Source: Fimbriimonadales bacterium | Lineage (GTDB): Bacteria; Armatimonadota; Fimbriimonadia; Fimbriimonadales; ATM1 | Reading direction: 5' to 3' | DNA: 17,663 nt | NCBI GenBank assembly: GCA_041744215.1 | Contig: JBGTLG010000001.1 | Span: 1-17,663, forward strand | Part shown: positions 5,446 to 14,007 of the stretch, piece by piece | Layout: the number at the start of each line of letters is the position of its first letter | Position numbering within the stretch: position 1 is the first letter of the stretch | Translations under genes and position numbers: made by a program | Notes under the pieces: model-generated | What the model was told of the DNA's origin: nothing | Databases searched by the model: none | What the model saw: only the letters and a program-made list of their open reading frames with translations

Positions 5446-8010
5446 CTAGGGTTGACCCTGCACTTGAACGGCGAGTCGCGCTCGCACGTCGGCGTAGATA
5501 TCAATTCCAGAGCCGACCCCAACTTCAAAACTGACTGCGATTGCATATGGAATGGTCTCATCAAGCTCACCGGCTTGAGCCAGGCAATCGACTGCAATTT
5601 CGGCTGTCGCTCCATTCGCAACCAGAACATTGCTTGAGCCATCGAAGCGGGCATGAAACACGGTGCCTTTGCCTCTAGAATGATCGTCCGGCTGGTTCGT
5701 GTTACTTCCATCCATGCCTGCAATATGGGGCAGCCGTGCAACAAGCTTTGCCATTCGATAGAGTTGATGACTCGGGTTGACTGGCGTGAACCAGGCGATT
5801 GTCACGGTCATCGAGCGATAGCCGATGTTTCCTCCCAACGTCTGGGGCACGGGAATCCTGAACAGGTGGCCTTGATCTGGTCCGATGAAGCCATGACCGA
5901 GCATGATTGCATGCTGATCAGTACAACCAGGCTCGAAGTCGCGAGGGATGCATCCAAACGTCAGGAACCGAGCAATGTCGCGCTTTAGAGCTGCTGATGA
6001 CTGGCCATTCTGGAAGAGTGTCTCTAGTCGGCCATATGTGGCTGGATTCACCCTGCTGTGATGCACAAGCAGTGCCTTGGCATAGAGCGGCCAAAACTGG
6101 GGCTCAGGATCGCCGAGCGCGTCCGAATCCAGCACTGCCTCGATCAGCTGGTGGGCGGTTCGCGTGGCCAGAGCTGCCGCTACGCTCGTGCCATAGATAT
6201 TAGATCGCTGATCTAGTCGGCCCTGTTGATCGGGTGCGGCTGCCGAGATGCCTGCAAAGCGACCCGGCGACAGTACCGGCTCAAGTCGAAGCGGCTGTGC
6301 CGCTCGGGACCGCAAAAGCGTTCTGCCTCCACCAAGTAAAAGTTCAGGTTTGATAGAACTTCGAAATCCTAGTCCAAGGCCGGAGATTACTGTTGGCAGT
6401 TCCGCCGAAACATACGGGTCAACGAGGTGCGCATGCAGACCACCTTCCGCTACGCTGTCACTGTGAGAAGAGCCTACTGTGAGGGCGTTCACAGACTCTG
6501 AAGGCGACAAGATGGCCCGGTCGCTAGCCATCGAACTTAAGGCCACGACGCACGCGATTTCTCGGTCGCTTTCGGTCGCACCTTGGAGATCGGTTATTGC
6601 GCCGTAAGCAGGTAATTCAAAGCTTCCCGTCACATTGCCTGCACTGACCACGAACAACACGCCATAACGCCATGCGAGGTAGTCAATCAACCTTGCCCAT
6701 GGACTCATGCGCCTCGAAAATGGCCTGCTACTGTCTCCAAGTGAGAGATTGATGATCTTGACCGTGGGGGCACTGGCCGGAGCATTACCCTCTCCCTCAA
6801 ACATCCGGCGAACAGCGCTATACATGTAGTCGACAAGGAGAATCTCCGGTGGAAAGTGCTCGTGAGATTGAGCATCTTCGCAGCACATGACTGGCCGCAC
6901 GTAGAGGCGCGACGATATAGGGGGAGCTCCGGCCAAGAGATCTCCATGGATGATCAGAGACGCCATCTCTGTGCCATGGCGACGAGACGCGACAGTTGCA
7001 TACCGCTGTTCGAGGCCGTCTGGATCGTCAATCGCCATCCGACCCTGAAGCAGCACGTGATTCTGGATGGGGACGCCATCAATAAGAGCCACAAGTGGAT
7101 CGCCAAGTTCACCAACCGCTTCCGGGATCGGTGAATCGTCAAGATCTTCTTCGTCGGGTGTCGTGATCGAGGCAGCGCTTTGAGGACGCACAAACATGAC
7201 ACCATCGGCGTTCAAGAGTGCAATGTCGCCTAGGTCAATCAAGGCTTGAACGGCCGCTCTCGGAAGACGTGCGAGTATTGCCGCGTATCGAATCTCGCCT
7301 ATTAAGGAAGTAAACAGCACCTGTCCGCCAGATGCCTGTACCGACTCGGTGACACTTTGAAATCTTCGCACATTTACGTCACCGCTGTCGCTGTACCAAA
7401 GCTCGACTTCAGCCTGGACCACTTGATCGCCAACCGATCCCAAGAGCTCGGCGAAGAAGGCCTGATCTTGAGGATTGATCCGGTCCCGCGCACCCCATGG
7501 CCGAACATCAATCAAGTGCTCAAAAAGGTCTCGCCACTTGGCAAATCCGCGGGGAAACGCTTCATTCCTCTTGAACCGATTCCAAAGGGTGACAAGCTCT
7601 CGGAGCGAAGTCTCATTGGGCATCACTAAGTAGAAGTGGGCCGGAACTGGTTTCTCGGGCCGCTCTCTGCCATCGTGGCCGATGACCACAAATCCTGTAG
7701 CGTCGGTTTCCTCTCCCTCTTCCTCGAAGAGGAACTCCAAGCCGATCTGTCGGGCTTTTTCGGCAAAAGTGGGAATTCCGCTTCCGGCTACCTCAAACAC
7801 GATTGCCCGTTCCGGGGCCAGGCTCGTTGGGTCGTCCCTCAACTCGCTTACGCGGCCTTCCGCGATGAGTTGCTCGATAAGTTCAAAGCTGCCGCCGAAT
7901 CGTTCAGTCTGTTGCTGGCGACCTGGCCTGTGGAGTCTTGCGCCACCGCCGCGCCTCCTAGCTCTGTCTTGGACGCTTGGGTTTGGGATCGGAAGATATG
8001 GTTGTTGCAC
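5446..8010 (-). CDS. ietS: S8 family (subtilisin-like) serine peptidase, IetS-like
   Basis: Catalytic motifs VALIDG (Asp), HGTEMAS (His), NLSLG, SAGN (oxyanion Asn), KPEL and GTSVAAA (Ser); long N-terminal extension; directly downstream of an AAA+ ATPase. Confidence 0.9.
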   Translation of the reverse strand: MQQPYLPIPNPSVQDRARRRGGGARLHRPGRQQQTERFGGSFELIEQLIAEGRVSELRDDPTSLAPERAIVFEVAGSGIPTFAEKARQIGLEFLFEEEGEETDATGFVVIGHDGRERPEKPVPAHFYLVMPNETSLRELVTLWNRFKRNEAFPRGFAKWRDLFEHLIDVRPWGARDRINPQDQAFFAELLGSVGDQVVQAEVELWYSDSGDVNVRRFQSVTESVQASGGQVLFTSLIGEIRYAAILARLPRAAVQALIDLGDIALLNADGVMFVRPQSAASITTPDEEDLDDSPIPEAVGELGDPLVALIDGVPIQNHVLLQGRMAIDDPDGLEQRYATVASRRHGTEMASLIIHGDLLAGAPPISSRLYVRPVMCCEDAQSHEHFPPEILLVDYMYSAVRRMFEGEGNAPASAPTVKIINLSLGDSSRPFSRRMSPWARLIDYLAWRYGVLFVVSAGNVTGSFELPAYGAITDLQGATESDREIACVVALSSMASDRAILSPSESVNALTVGSSHSDSVAEGGLHAHLVDPYVSAELPTVISGLGLGFRSSIKPELLLGGGRTLLRSRAAQPLRLEPVLSPGRFAGISAAAPDQQGRLDQRSNIYGTSVAAALATRTAHQLIEAVLDSDALGDPEPQFWPLYAKALLVHHSRVNPATYGRLETLFQNGQSSAALKRDIARFLTFGCIPRDFEPGCTDQHAIMLGHGFIGPDQGHLFRIPVPQTLGGNIGYRSMTVTIAWFTPVNPSHQLYRMAKLVARLPHIAGMDGSNTNQPDDHSRGKGTVFHARFDGSSNVLVANGATAEIAVDCLAQAGELDETIPYAIAVSFEVGVGSGIDIYADVRARLAVQVQGQP

Positions 8011-9019
8011 GTTGTCCTTGTTTCCTTGCCTTGTCAGTTCCTGCGCGCATCATCCGCCAGTCGGCAAGAACAGACGCAAGGGCGCCTTCTGGTGTGGTTT
8101 CGCCGAGAGACAAAACAAGCTTCCTTCGGAGGTTCAGGCAGAACTGCTCAAGTTCTGAGAATGTCGTAGAACCGAGGGACTTCGCTAGAGCCGTTGAGGT
8201 CATTTTGAGCAAGGGTTGCAGGTCTTGGAGATAGATCTTCAAATAGCTCGTCACCTGGATCTGCGTGGGTGGTGGGAGTTCCAATCTCAGCTCGAATCTC
8301 CGCCATGCTGCTCGGTCAAGCAGCTCCTCATGATTAGTGGCTGCGATCACTGTTGTATAGCTGGGCAAGTCGTCGATCTGTAGAAGCAAACTGGTTACGA
8401 CCCGCTTGATTTCTCCGGTCTCGTGGATGTCGCCACGCTCCTTCCCCAAGGCGTCGAACTCGTCGAAAAACAGGACGCAAGGGGTCGTTCGCGCATAGTC
8501 GAAGACACGGCGCAATCGGCTAGCTGTCTCCCCCAGAAAGCTACCGATGATAGCGTCATACCGAACTACGAAGAACGGAACGCTGAGGGACTCTGCGATC
8601 GCCTCGGCAAGCGATGTCTTCCCATTGCCTGGTGGACCCACAAGCAGTATTCGATGTCTCGGCTCCAATGAGTGCGCCCGAAGCAGGTCGGCACGAAGTT
8701 GCTCTTCGATGATTTGGCTCACAAGCCGCTGGCAATCAGTTCCCAGGATTAAATCCGAAAGTCGCCGGCGGGGAATGAACTCCATGACCAAGTCTCGCGC
8801 CTTGCCGTTTGGGTCTGACTGAGCCGGCCGAGGCTGCGCTGACCCGTTGCCGTTGAGATCCGGCTGTGCGTTGAGGGCTTTTGAAAGTCGGTCTGCCAAC
8901 ACGTTGTGTTGCTTGGCCCGTTCTTCGGCGATGAGTGTTTCAGCGACTGTTCGCACTGCTTGCTTGTCACCTGCTGAACTGGCCTTCACCAGGGACACGA
9001 GAAGATCACTTCGCGACAT
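7958..9019 (-). CDS. ietA: AAA+ ATPase, IetA-like
   Basis: Walker A GPPGNGKT, Walker B LFFDEFD, GEIKRVV, second region of homology AATNHEELLDRAAWRRFE; overlaps the S8 gene by 53 nt. Confidence 0.92.
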   Translation of the reverse strand: MSRSDLLVSLVKASSAGDKQAVRTVAETLIAEERAKQHNVLADRLSKALNAQPDLNGNGSAQPRPAQSDPNGKARDLVMEFIPRRRLSDLILGTDCQRLVSQIIEEQLRADLLRAHSLEPRHRILLVGPPGNGKTSLAEAIAESLSVPFFVVRYDAIIGSFLGETASRLRRVFDYARTTPCVLFFDEFDALGKERGDIHETGEIKRVVTSLLLQIDDLPSYTTVIAATNHEELLDRAAWRRFELRLELPPPTQIQVTSYLKIYLQDLQPLLKMTSTALAKSLGSTTFSELEQFCLNLRRKLVLSLGETTPEGALASVLADWRMMRAGTDKARKQGQRATTISSDPKPKRPRQS

Positions 9020-9194
9020 TGGCTTCCTCGCCTTCGGCTGCTTCGATCTCTACTCGACGGGCAACTGCTTCAGCAATCCATGTATTGCGTGGAACCGTGA
9101 TCGCCTGCGACTCCCGAATCCGATCGATGCGATCGATCAGCTCTTTCGGTAGCCGAAGGGTCACTGCCAGTCTGCCGTTTTCACCTTGCGCCAT
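9006..9194 (-). CDS. Ribbon-helix-helix (CopG/Arc-like) DNA-binding protein (62 aa)
   Basis: AVTLRLPKELIDRID...RNTWIAEAV is a typical RHH strand-helix-helix pattern; overlaps the ATPase start by 14 nt. Confidence 0.8.
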   Translation of the reverse strand: MAQGENGRLAVTLRLPKELIDRIDRIRESQAITVPRNTWIAEAVARRVEIEAAEGEEANVAK

Positions 9195-9205
9195 GTCGTA
9201 AACAC

Positions 9206-9240
9206 CAACGTCACCCTGACGTCAACTTGATGTCATGACG
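9206..9240. promoter_or_regulatory. Putative RHH operator: phased TGACGTCA-like boxes
   Basis: CAACGTCA (9206), TGACGTCA (9217) and TGATGTCA (9228) at an 11-bp period, then TGACG (9236), immediately upstream of the RHH start. Confidence 0.65.
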
Positions 9241-9439
9241 AGCCTACCCTGTCGAAGGGTTCACAAGTGCTTGAGAACGGCGGCATTTACGTTTCCCGGC
9301 TTAAGTGCGTGAACCGACAGCGAATGCTCTGGCGCGGATTGTCCACAAGGCGGAAACGAGCTGGTCGACGATCCCGGACTCAAAGAGGCCGGATGGACCC
9401 AGCGGGTTGTGCCAGTCTTACGGTTGATATAGATCTCTT

Positions 9440-10012
9440 CTAACTGCGGATCCAATCGCCTAGGCCGTTGTGATTCGCCGCATCGATCGTTTGGCACCGA
9501 ATGTCTCCGTCAGTGCTAGTCATCATGATTCCAGAATAGTTTGGAAGGCCGGGCCAATGGGGATGCGAGTGGTTTTTTACAAATGACTTCGTCTCGTAGA
9601 GGAAGCTGCCGTTGACAAAGGCAATTGTTGCGATGCCCTTCTCGGCAGCGTAATCAAGTGCACCAGACTGAAAGCCGCACGTGGCGAAAATCATGCCCTT
9701 ATGCGCTTTGATCGCGTCCAATTTTGCCCATAGGGTTAACAACGTATCTCGCTTGACTGGCCCAGAGTAGCGCTTACACTCTACGGCGATTCGGATACGT
9801 GCGCCTTGGAGGAGTTGGAACTCAGCGACCGCATCCAGCTCGTAGTCGCCGCCTGTGCCGCTAAGATGGCTCAAGTGCTCAATCGTGAAGCTCTCGAGTT
9901 TGTCTCCGCCCGCCTTCAACCACTTCACCACCTGAAGCTCGTACTGCGTCGGTGTGATATCGGCAGGTACTAGAGGATTCCACGGTGAATCCGGGTTTCG
10001 CTTTGGATTCAT
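9440..10012 (-). CDS. Mrr-like PD-(D/E)xK restriction endonuclease domain protein (190 aa)
   Basis: TPTQYE...YELDAVA...IAVECKRY...KGMIFATCGFQSGALDYA matches the Mrr catalytic-domain pattern. Confidence 0.85.
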   Translation of the reverse strand: MNPKRNPDSPWNPLVPADITPTQYELQVVKWLKAGGDKLESFTIEHLSHLSGTGGDYELDAVAEFQLLQGARIRIAVECKRYSGPVKRDTLLTLWAKLDAIKAHKGMIFATCGFQSGALDYAAEKGIATIAFVNGSFLYETKSFVKNHSHPHWPGLPNYSGIMMTSTDGDIRCQTIDAANHNGLGDWIRS

Positions 10013-10342
10013 GCTATGACCCTTAGAACTACCATTGGGTTGTTTTTAGATTGCTTATCTACTTCCCTAGATTCGGTTGAGACAGACGGCATAAGGGAAG
10101 TTAGAAGTTCGTGTGGTCAATTTGGGCGGATAAGCACTGAAAAAAGCTAGATGACATCTTCTTCGGCACTTGACTGCACATACCATGGCTCGAATGCTGT
10201 CCGCGTTGTAACGACGCGTGACTAGTCCCCATTTTCGCTCCAGTCAAGTAGCTTGCCCAAGTTGAGTTTCGTCAATCTACCCGAGGCGGCGCTGATGCCG
10301 AGGTAGTGGTCGCAGATGGGCATTAAGTGATCACGAACGACT

Positions 10343-10362
10343 AGCAGGCCTTGCGGCCTGCT
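10343..10362 (-). terminator. Stem-loop at the end of the 10362 gene
   Basis: AGCAGGCC-GCAA-GGCCTGCT on the minus strand (GNRA loop) at the stop codon; weak U-tract. Confidence 0.55.
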
Positions 10363-10625
10363 TAGTAGTCTTCAGGTAGTAGAACGGTGGTTGCAGCGCG
10401 ATCGGCTTCGGTGATGATCCAGAACTTGGTCTGGTTGCTGTCTGTATAGACCGAGAGCAACCGCCAGCCGTGCTCCAGCGAGCGCTGGTTCTCCTGCCAA
10501 TCTTCTTCATCAACCTCGCCCCAATGGCCGGTGACGTGCAATGCCAAGGCCATCAAGACGTCCGCTTCCTGCAGTTGGTTGAGGGCGTTTGCCGTGATGA
10601 CGACGCGCCCGAGATCGAAGAGCAC
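10362..10625 (-). CDS. Small plasmid/ICE-associated hypothetical protein (87 aa, ...LLPEDY C-terminus)
   Basis: GTG at 10625 preceded by AAGGAGG. Motifs FDLGRVVIT, HxxGHWGEV, RLLSVY, WIITEADR and TTVLLPEDY match a family I recall from mobile elements. Confidence 0.85.
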   Translation of the reverse strand: MLFDLGRVVITANALNQLQEADVLMALALHVTGHWGEVDEEDWQENQRSLEHGWRLLSVYTDSNQTKFWIITEADRAATTVLLPEDY

Positions 10626-10653
10626 CGTCGCCTCCTTGGTCGAGTGACTGGTC

Positions 10654-11043
10654 TCAGTGAAACGCTTCCGACTCGAAACACAGCTCGACGGTCTGTTCAT
10701 GGACCCGGTAGAGCGCCTCAATGTCGAGCCATAAGCTCTCGCGATTGTCGTCAGGCTGCAGCCCGACGCGATCGTTCTCGAAGAACAAACGCCCCGTGCC
10801 AAGCGTTATCCGTTCGCCGACTCTCGGCGTTGATGGATAGACGCCATGATAGAGATCGCCGATGTGACGGGAAGTCCGGGCGACCAGGACCTGCGCGACG
10901 AGCGAGCCGCATCTGCCGGCCGGTCCGGTTTCAAGCTGGCACGTCAGTGACGTGTCCTCGTCCATCAGATAGACCGAGCCGTAGCGATCGGTGACCGGCT
11001 CGCACGGATCCCAAGTCAAGATGCCGCTGCCGAGTTTGAGCAT
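10654..11043 (-). CDS. Hypothetical protein (129 aa), phage/mobile-element-like
   Basis: ATG at 11043 preceded by AAAGGAGG; GC-rich third codon positions; protein-like motifs SRHIGDL, VGLQPDD and WLDIEALYR. Confidence 0.8.
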   Translation of the reverse strand: MLKLGSGILTWDPCEPVTDRYGSVYLMDEDTSLTCQLETGPAGRCGSLVAQVLVARTSRHIGDLYHGVYPSTPRVGERITLGTGRLFFENDRVGLQPDDNRESLWLDIEALYRVHEQTVELCFESEAFH

Positions 11044-11292
11044 CGTCAAACCTCCTTTGCCGTGAGATATCAAGGTTCTGCCCAGCTGCAGCGTTAGAAA
11101 ACGCCGCAGCCGGGTAGCTCACAGCGTCGTCAAACTCATCCCGATTGTCAAATTTGGATGCGTTCTTCGGATCAAGCAGCGGATTCCGTTCTCTTCGGTC
11201 AACTGCTTTTGCGCTGTTCTTCCCGCTTTGGGTCAATGGATGAACGATCTCCGCTTCACTTCGGGGATTGAGCACATCTCAAGGAGAACATC

Positions 11293-12306
11293 ATGGATTC
11301 AGTTTGCACTCTCAGCGACCTCCAGCAATCGATCGCCCAAGACGATAACGGCAAATGGGACAAGGTCGTCCCGACGAAGAACCTCTGCCTCAGAGAGGGC
11401 CGCCTCGACTTTCATGGCGAGAGTCCGGCCAGCGAGACCTCGCTCAGCCTCACCCCGTGGTCGAGAAGCCAACTCTGCAACCTGCTCGGCATTCCCAGTG
11501 CCTACTTCGGCAACTGCCCGCCCGAGCTGCAGGACAGGCAATTCAACTACTGGCTAGGCCGGCTAGTCGAACATCGAAGCGAAGATTCCAACGGCGAACT
11601 GCCGCACGAATCGAAAGCGAGCAAGCTCTTGCTTCGGGGCAAGGGCGAGACGCTAAGAGCGGCGCTCAGCACCCGCTACAACCGCTTCGACAACAAAGAC
11701 ATTGTTGAGCATCTGACGCCGTATCTTTCGGAAGGTTGGGAAACGACCTGGTACGCTTTCGACCAAGACATTCTCCATCTGCGCCTGACCCGTCCAGCCA
11801 CCATGCGAGAGATTCGCACAGGGGATTTCGTTGTCGGCGGTATGCATGTGATCAATAGCGAGGTTGGCCGCTCAGCGATCACGATCCGCGCAGTTCTGTA
11901 TCGGCTGGTTTGCACCAACGGCCTCATCTGTCCGGTCGGTGAAAGGGAACTGCTTCGGAAACGGCATGTCTTCACCGTCGGCCACCAGTTCCGCACCGAA
12001 CTCTCCGAAGCCGTCGAAACGGCGATCGCGCAAGCCGAATCCGGCCTCAATGTGATGCAGGAATCGACGAGGTTCGATATCGGCAACGTCGCCGAAGAAA
12101 TCGACGAACTCGAGGCGCGCTACCCGCTGCCCGGCTCCTACCTCAAGGAGATCAGGGAGATGGCCGATATCAGCCCAAGTTCGTGGACTTCGCTCTACGA
12201 CCTGACCAACCTTCTGACCCTTGCTGCCCAGCGGCTGCCGCCGACCCAAAGGGTTGAAACGGAAGCTGTGGCCGGCGACTTCATGCTCTCACGGCTCGGG
12301 CGTTAG
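11293..12306 (+). CDS. DUF932-family protein
   Basis: LRAALSTRYNRFDN and INSEVGRSAITIRAVLYRLVCTNGLI...RKRH motifs; RBS AAGGAG at 11281; downstream terminator. Confidence 0.88.
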   Translation: MDSVCTLSDLQQSIAQDDNGKWDKVVPTKNLCLREGRLDFHGESPASETSLSLTPWSRSQLCNLLGIPSAYFGNCPPELQDRQFNYWLGRLVEHRSEDSNGELPHESKASKLLLRGKGETLRAALSTRYNRFDNKDIVEHLTPYLSEGWETTWYAFDQDILHLRLTRPATMREIRTGDFVVGGMHVINSEVGRSAITIRAVLYRLVCTNGLICPVGERELLRKRHVFTVGHQFRTELSEAVETAIAQAESGLNVMQESTRFDIGNVAEEIDELEARYPLPGSYLKEIREMADISPSSWTSLYDLTNLLTLAAQRLPPTQRVETEAVAGDFMLSRLGR

Positions 12307-12316
12307 CCCAATACCC

Positions 12317-12342
12317 AAACCGGTCCCCAGGGACCGGTTTTT
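12317..12342 (+). terminator. Intrinsic terminator (possibly bidirectional)
   Basis: AAACCGGTCC-CCAG-GGACCGGTTTTT between convergent genes. Confidence 0.85.
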
Positions 12343-12410
12343 GCCGACTGCAAAGCCTTCTGAACAGATATTCGTCGCCGGCGACCGAATAGTCGACGAG
12401 TCAGCCCCGC

Positions 12411-13439
12411 TTACCGCTGGGGTGGTAGAACCTTGGACCACTTGTTTAGTGCCCGACCCCTCTGAGCCTTCGAGGGGTGAAACTTCCATAAATTTGGCTC
12501 ATCGTCAGAATGAAATCGCTCGATATACTCCCGAACCGGATCCTCTCCTACAACAAGTGCAGCAACTCCATCGGCGAGGTACTCAGCCTCAAATCGAAAC
12601 CCCCTCCCAATCAAAAAGAGTCCAAGTATTACAAGAACTGAAATGCCCGAATGCAGCTGCGACAGTCGCATCTTTCTCCCGTGATCGTCACGTTTAACAG
12701 CTATCTCCTCTTCGAACCCTCTCCGTGCCGCTATTGGGTCACTTACCTGCTCACGTAGGAGCATCTCCAATTCACTGCGCTGGGCATCAACGCCCAGTTC
12801 AAACTGACTGTTACCTATGAAGGGAAGCAGCAGTGCCGTTACCACTGCAAGTGGCAGCATCAGCCTGAGCATCCATACGGCTATCGCATGCGTCTGAATA
12901 ATCTTGGTGGCGTTCCCTGTTGTGCAGTGCGCAAGCTCATGAGCAAGCATCGCCTCTGCTACTGATCGATTCTCGCTCGTAAGACGAAGAAAGCCGAGGG
13001 GAATAATAATGTCACAGCCCTTCCTTGTCGGGATCGCTGCCGGGCTCATCCCAAGGTCTTCTCGATTTACAAGGAGATTGATGTCTCGAGTCTTGGGGAA
13101 CAACTCACGGAAGCGACTGACCAGATTGGAGAGCATCGGGGCTAATGATCCCTCGGTGAACGGTGAAAGTCTCTCACCGTTCCCTTTGAGTTGCCTGCGA
13201 GTATAGATCGAAGCAAATGTGATGATCCCGAGAAACACACAGAATGTCGTGGCGTACCCTATGCGGCCAAACACATCGAGTCCAGGGTCAAATACAGCCA
13301 GTCCATAGACGATGGCACCTACCAATTGCCAAAGGACGAAGACTCGAAAAACCCCCATTCTGAACGCAAGGCTTTTAGAACGCTTCGAAACATTCCTTCT
13401 AATGATGCGGATGTTCTGCTGGTTGCTGTCAACCGCCAT
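12411..13439 (-). CDS. M48-family (HtpX/Ste24-like) membrane zinc metalloprotease
   Basis: AMLAHELAH (HExxH), EAEYLADG third ligand, FHPS...R C-terminal motif and several TM segments. Confidence 0.85.
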   Translation of the reverse strand: MAVDSNQQNIRIIRRNVSKRSKSLAFRMGVFRVFVLWQLVGAIVYGLAVFDPGLDVFGRIGYATTFCVFLGIITFASIYTRRQLKGNGERLSPFTEGSLAPMLSNLVSRFRELFPKTRDINLLVNREDLGMSPAAIPTRKGCDIIIPLGFLRLTSENRSVAEAMLAHELAHCTTGNATKIIQTHAIAVWMLRLMLPLAVVTALLLPFIGNSQFELGVDAQRSELEMLLREQVSDPIAARRGFEEEIAVKRDDHGRKMRLSQLHSGISVLVILGLFLIGRGFRFEAEYLADGVAALVVGEDPVREYIERFHSDDEPNLWKFHPSKAQRGRALNKWSKVLPPQR

Positions 13440-13887
13440 TAGCCACGGACACCCTTTCAGCGAGCCGCTCCACCAAGCAAGTCAATCGATCCAAGTGATC
13501 ACTGATCAGCCGTTCGGACTTGTCGTCCTCAATCATCGACTTGAGACTCTGCCGTAGCAGATCCTCTGCCTTTGCACGCGAATTCGCTTCGACATTGGAT
13601 TTCTTGACTTTTATCAACTCGGAGGCTGTCTGAACAATGGCGACCACGAGAGGAACGAAAGCGATCATCATCGTGCCCGCGTGCTCAGGCACACACTCCA
13701 GACCCGTTCGGCGTTTATGTTGCGTCTGGGAACCCGCGCAAATCCTTCGAATCCAGAACTCTCCACCCTCTTCCCATGCCAACAGTTCAGCCGGGTCGAG
13801 AGTGTCGACTACTGGCGTCAGGGCATCCTTCATTTCGATTACTGCCAAATCGTCTATTGGCAAACACGATCCATCGTTGATCTTCAT
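13429..13887 (-). CDS. Hypothetical protein (152 aa) with one hydrophobic helix, coupled to the M48 gene
   Basis: Overlaps the M48 start by 11 nt; hydrophobic stretch MMIAFVPLVVAIV followed by a charged helical tail. Confidence 0.7.
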   Translation of the reverse strand: MKINDGSCLPIDDLAVIEMKDALTPVVDTLDPAELLAWEEGGEFWIRRICAGSQTQHKRRTGLECVPEHAGTMMIAFVPLVVAIVQTASELIKVKKSNVEANSRAKAEDLLRQSLKSMIEDDKSERLISDHLDRLTCLVERLAERVSVANGG

Positions 13888-14007
13888 ATTCTTCCCACTA
13901 TCTCGGAGATCTCATATCGCGAAGTTCTGAATGACAGACAGGCGGGGCTGGCCCTCACGAGTCCCGACCTGAAGGCACAAAGTTTGATCCAATTCATCGC
14001 GGATGTC

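Larger units (their letters stand above)
236..12342. mobile_element. Genomic island / integrative element region (boundaries uncertain)
   Basis: LSR, att-like repeats, defence cargo (IetAS-like, Mrr-like) and backbone-type genes (DUF932). True ends could not be defined within the window. Confidence 0.55.

Noticed and set aside
9261-9497. Minus-strand 78-aa ORF containing the WW-domain-like string YINRKTGTTRWVHP
   Set aside because: Lacks the first Trp of a WW domain, overlaps the nuclease gene end, and the rest is Ser/Pro-rich; likely chance.
10313-10338. AGATGGGCATTAAGTGATCACGAACG as a degenerate att or tRNA-end remnant
   Set aside because: Only loosely similar to the junction core, with no CGCACTCTG arm and no cloverleaf.
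10626-10802. N-terminal extension of the 146-aa ORF in the track
   Set aside because: Overlaps the upstream gene; the strong AAGGAGG before GTG 10625 marks the more likely start.
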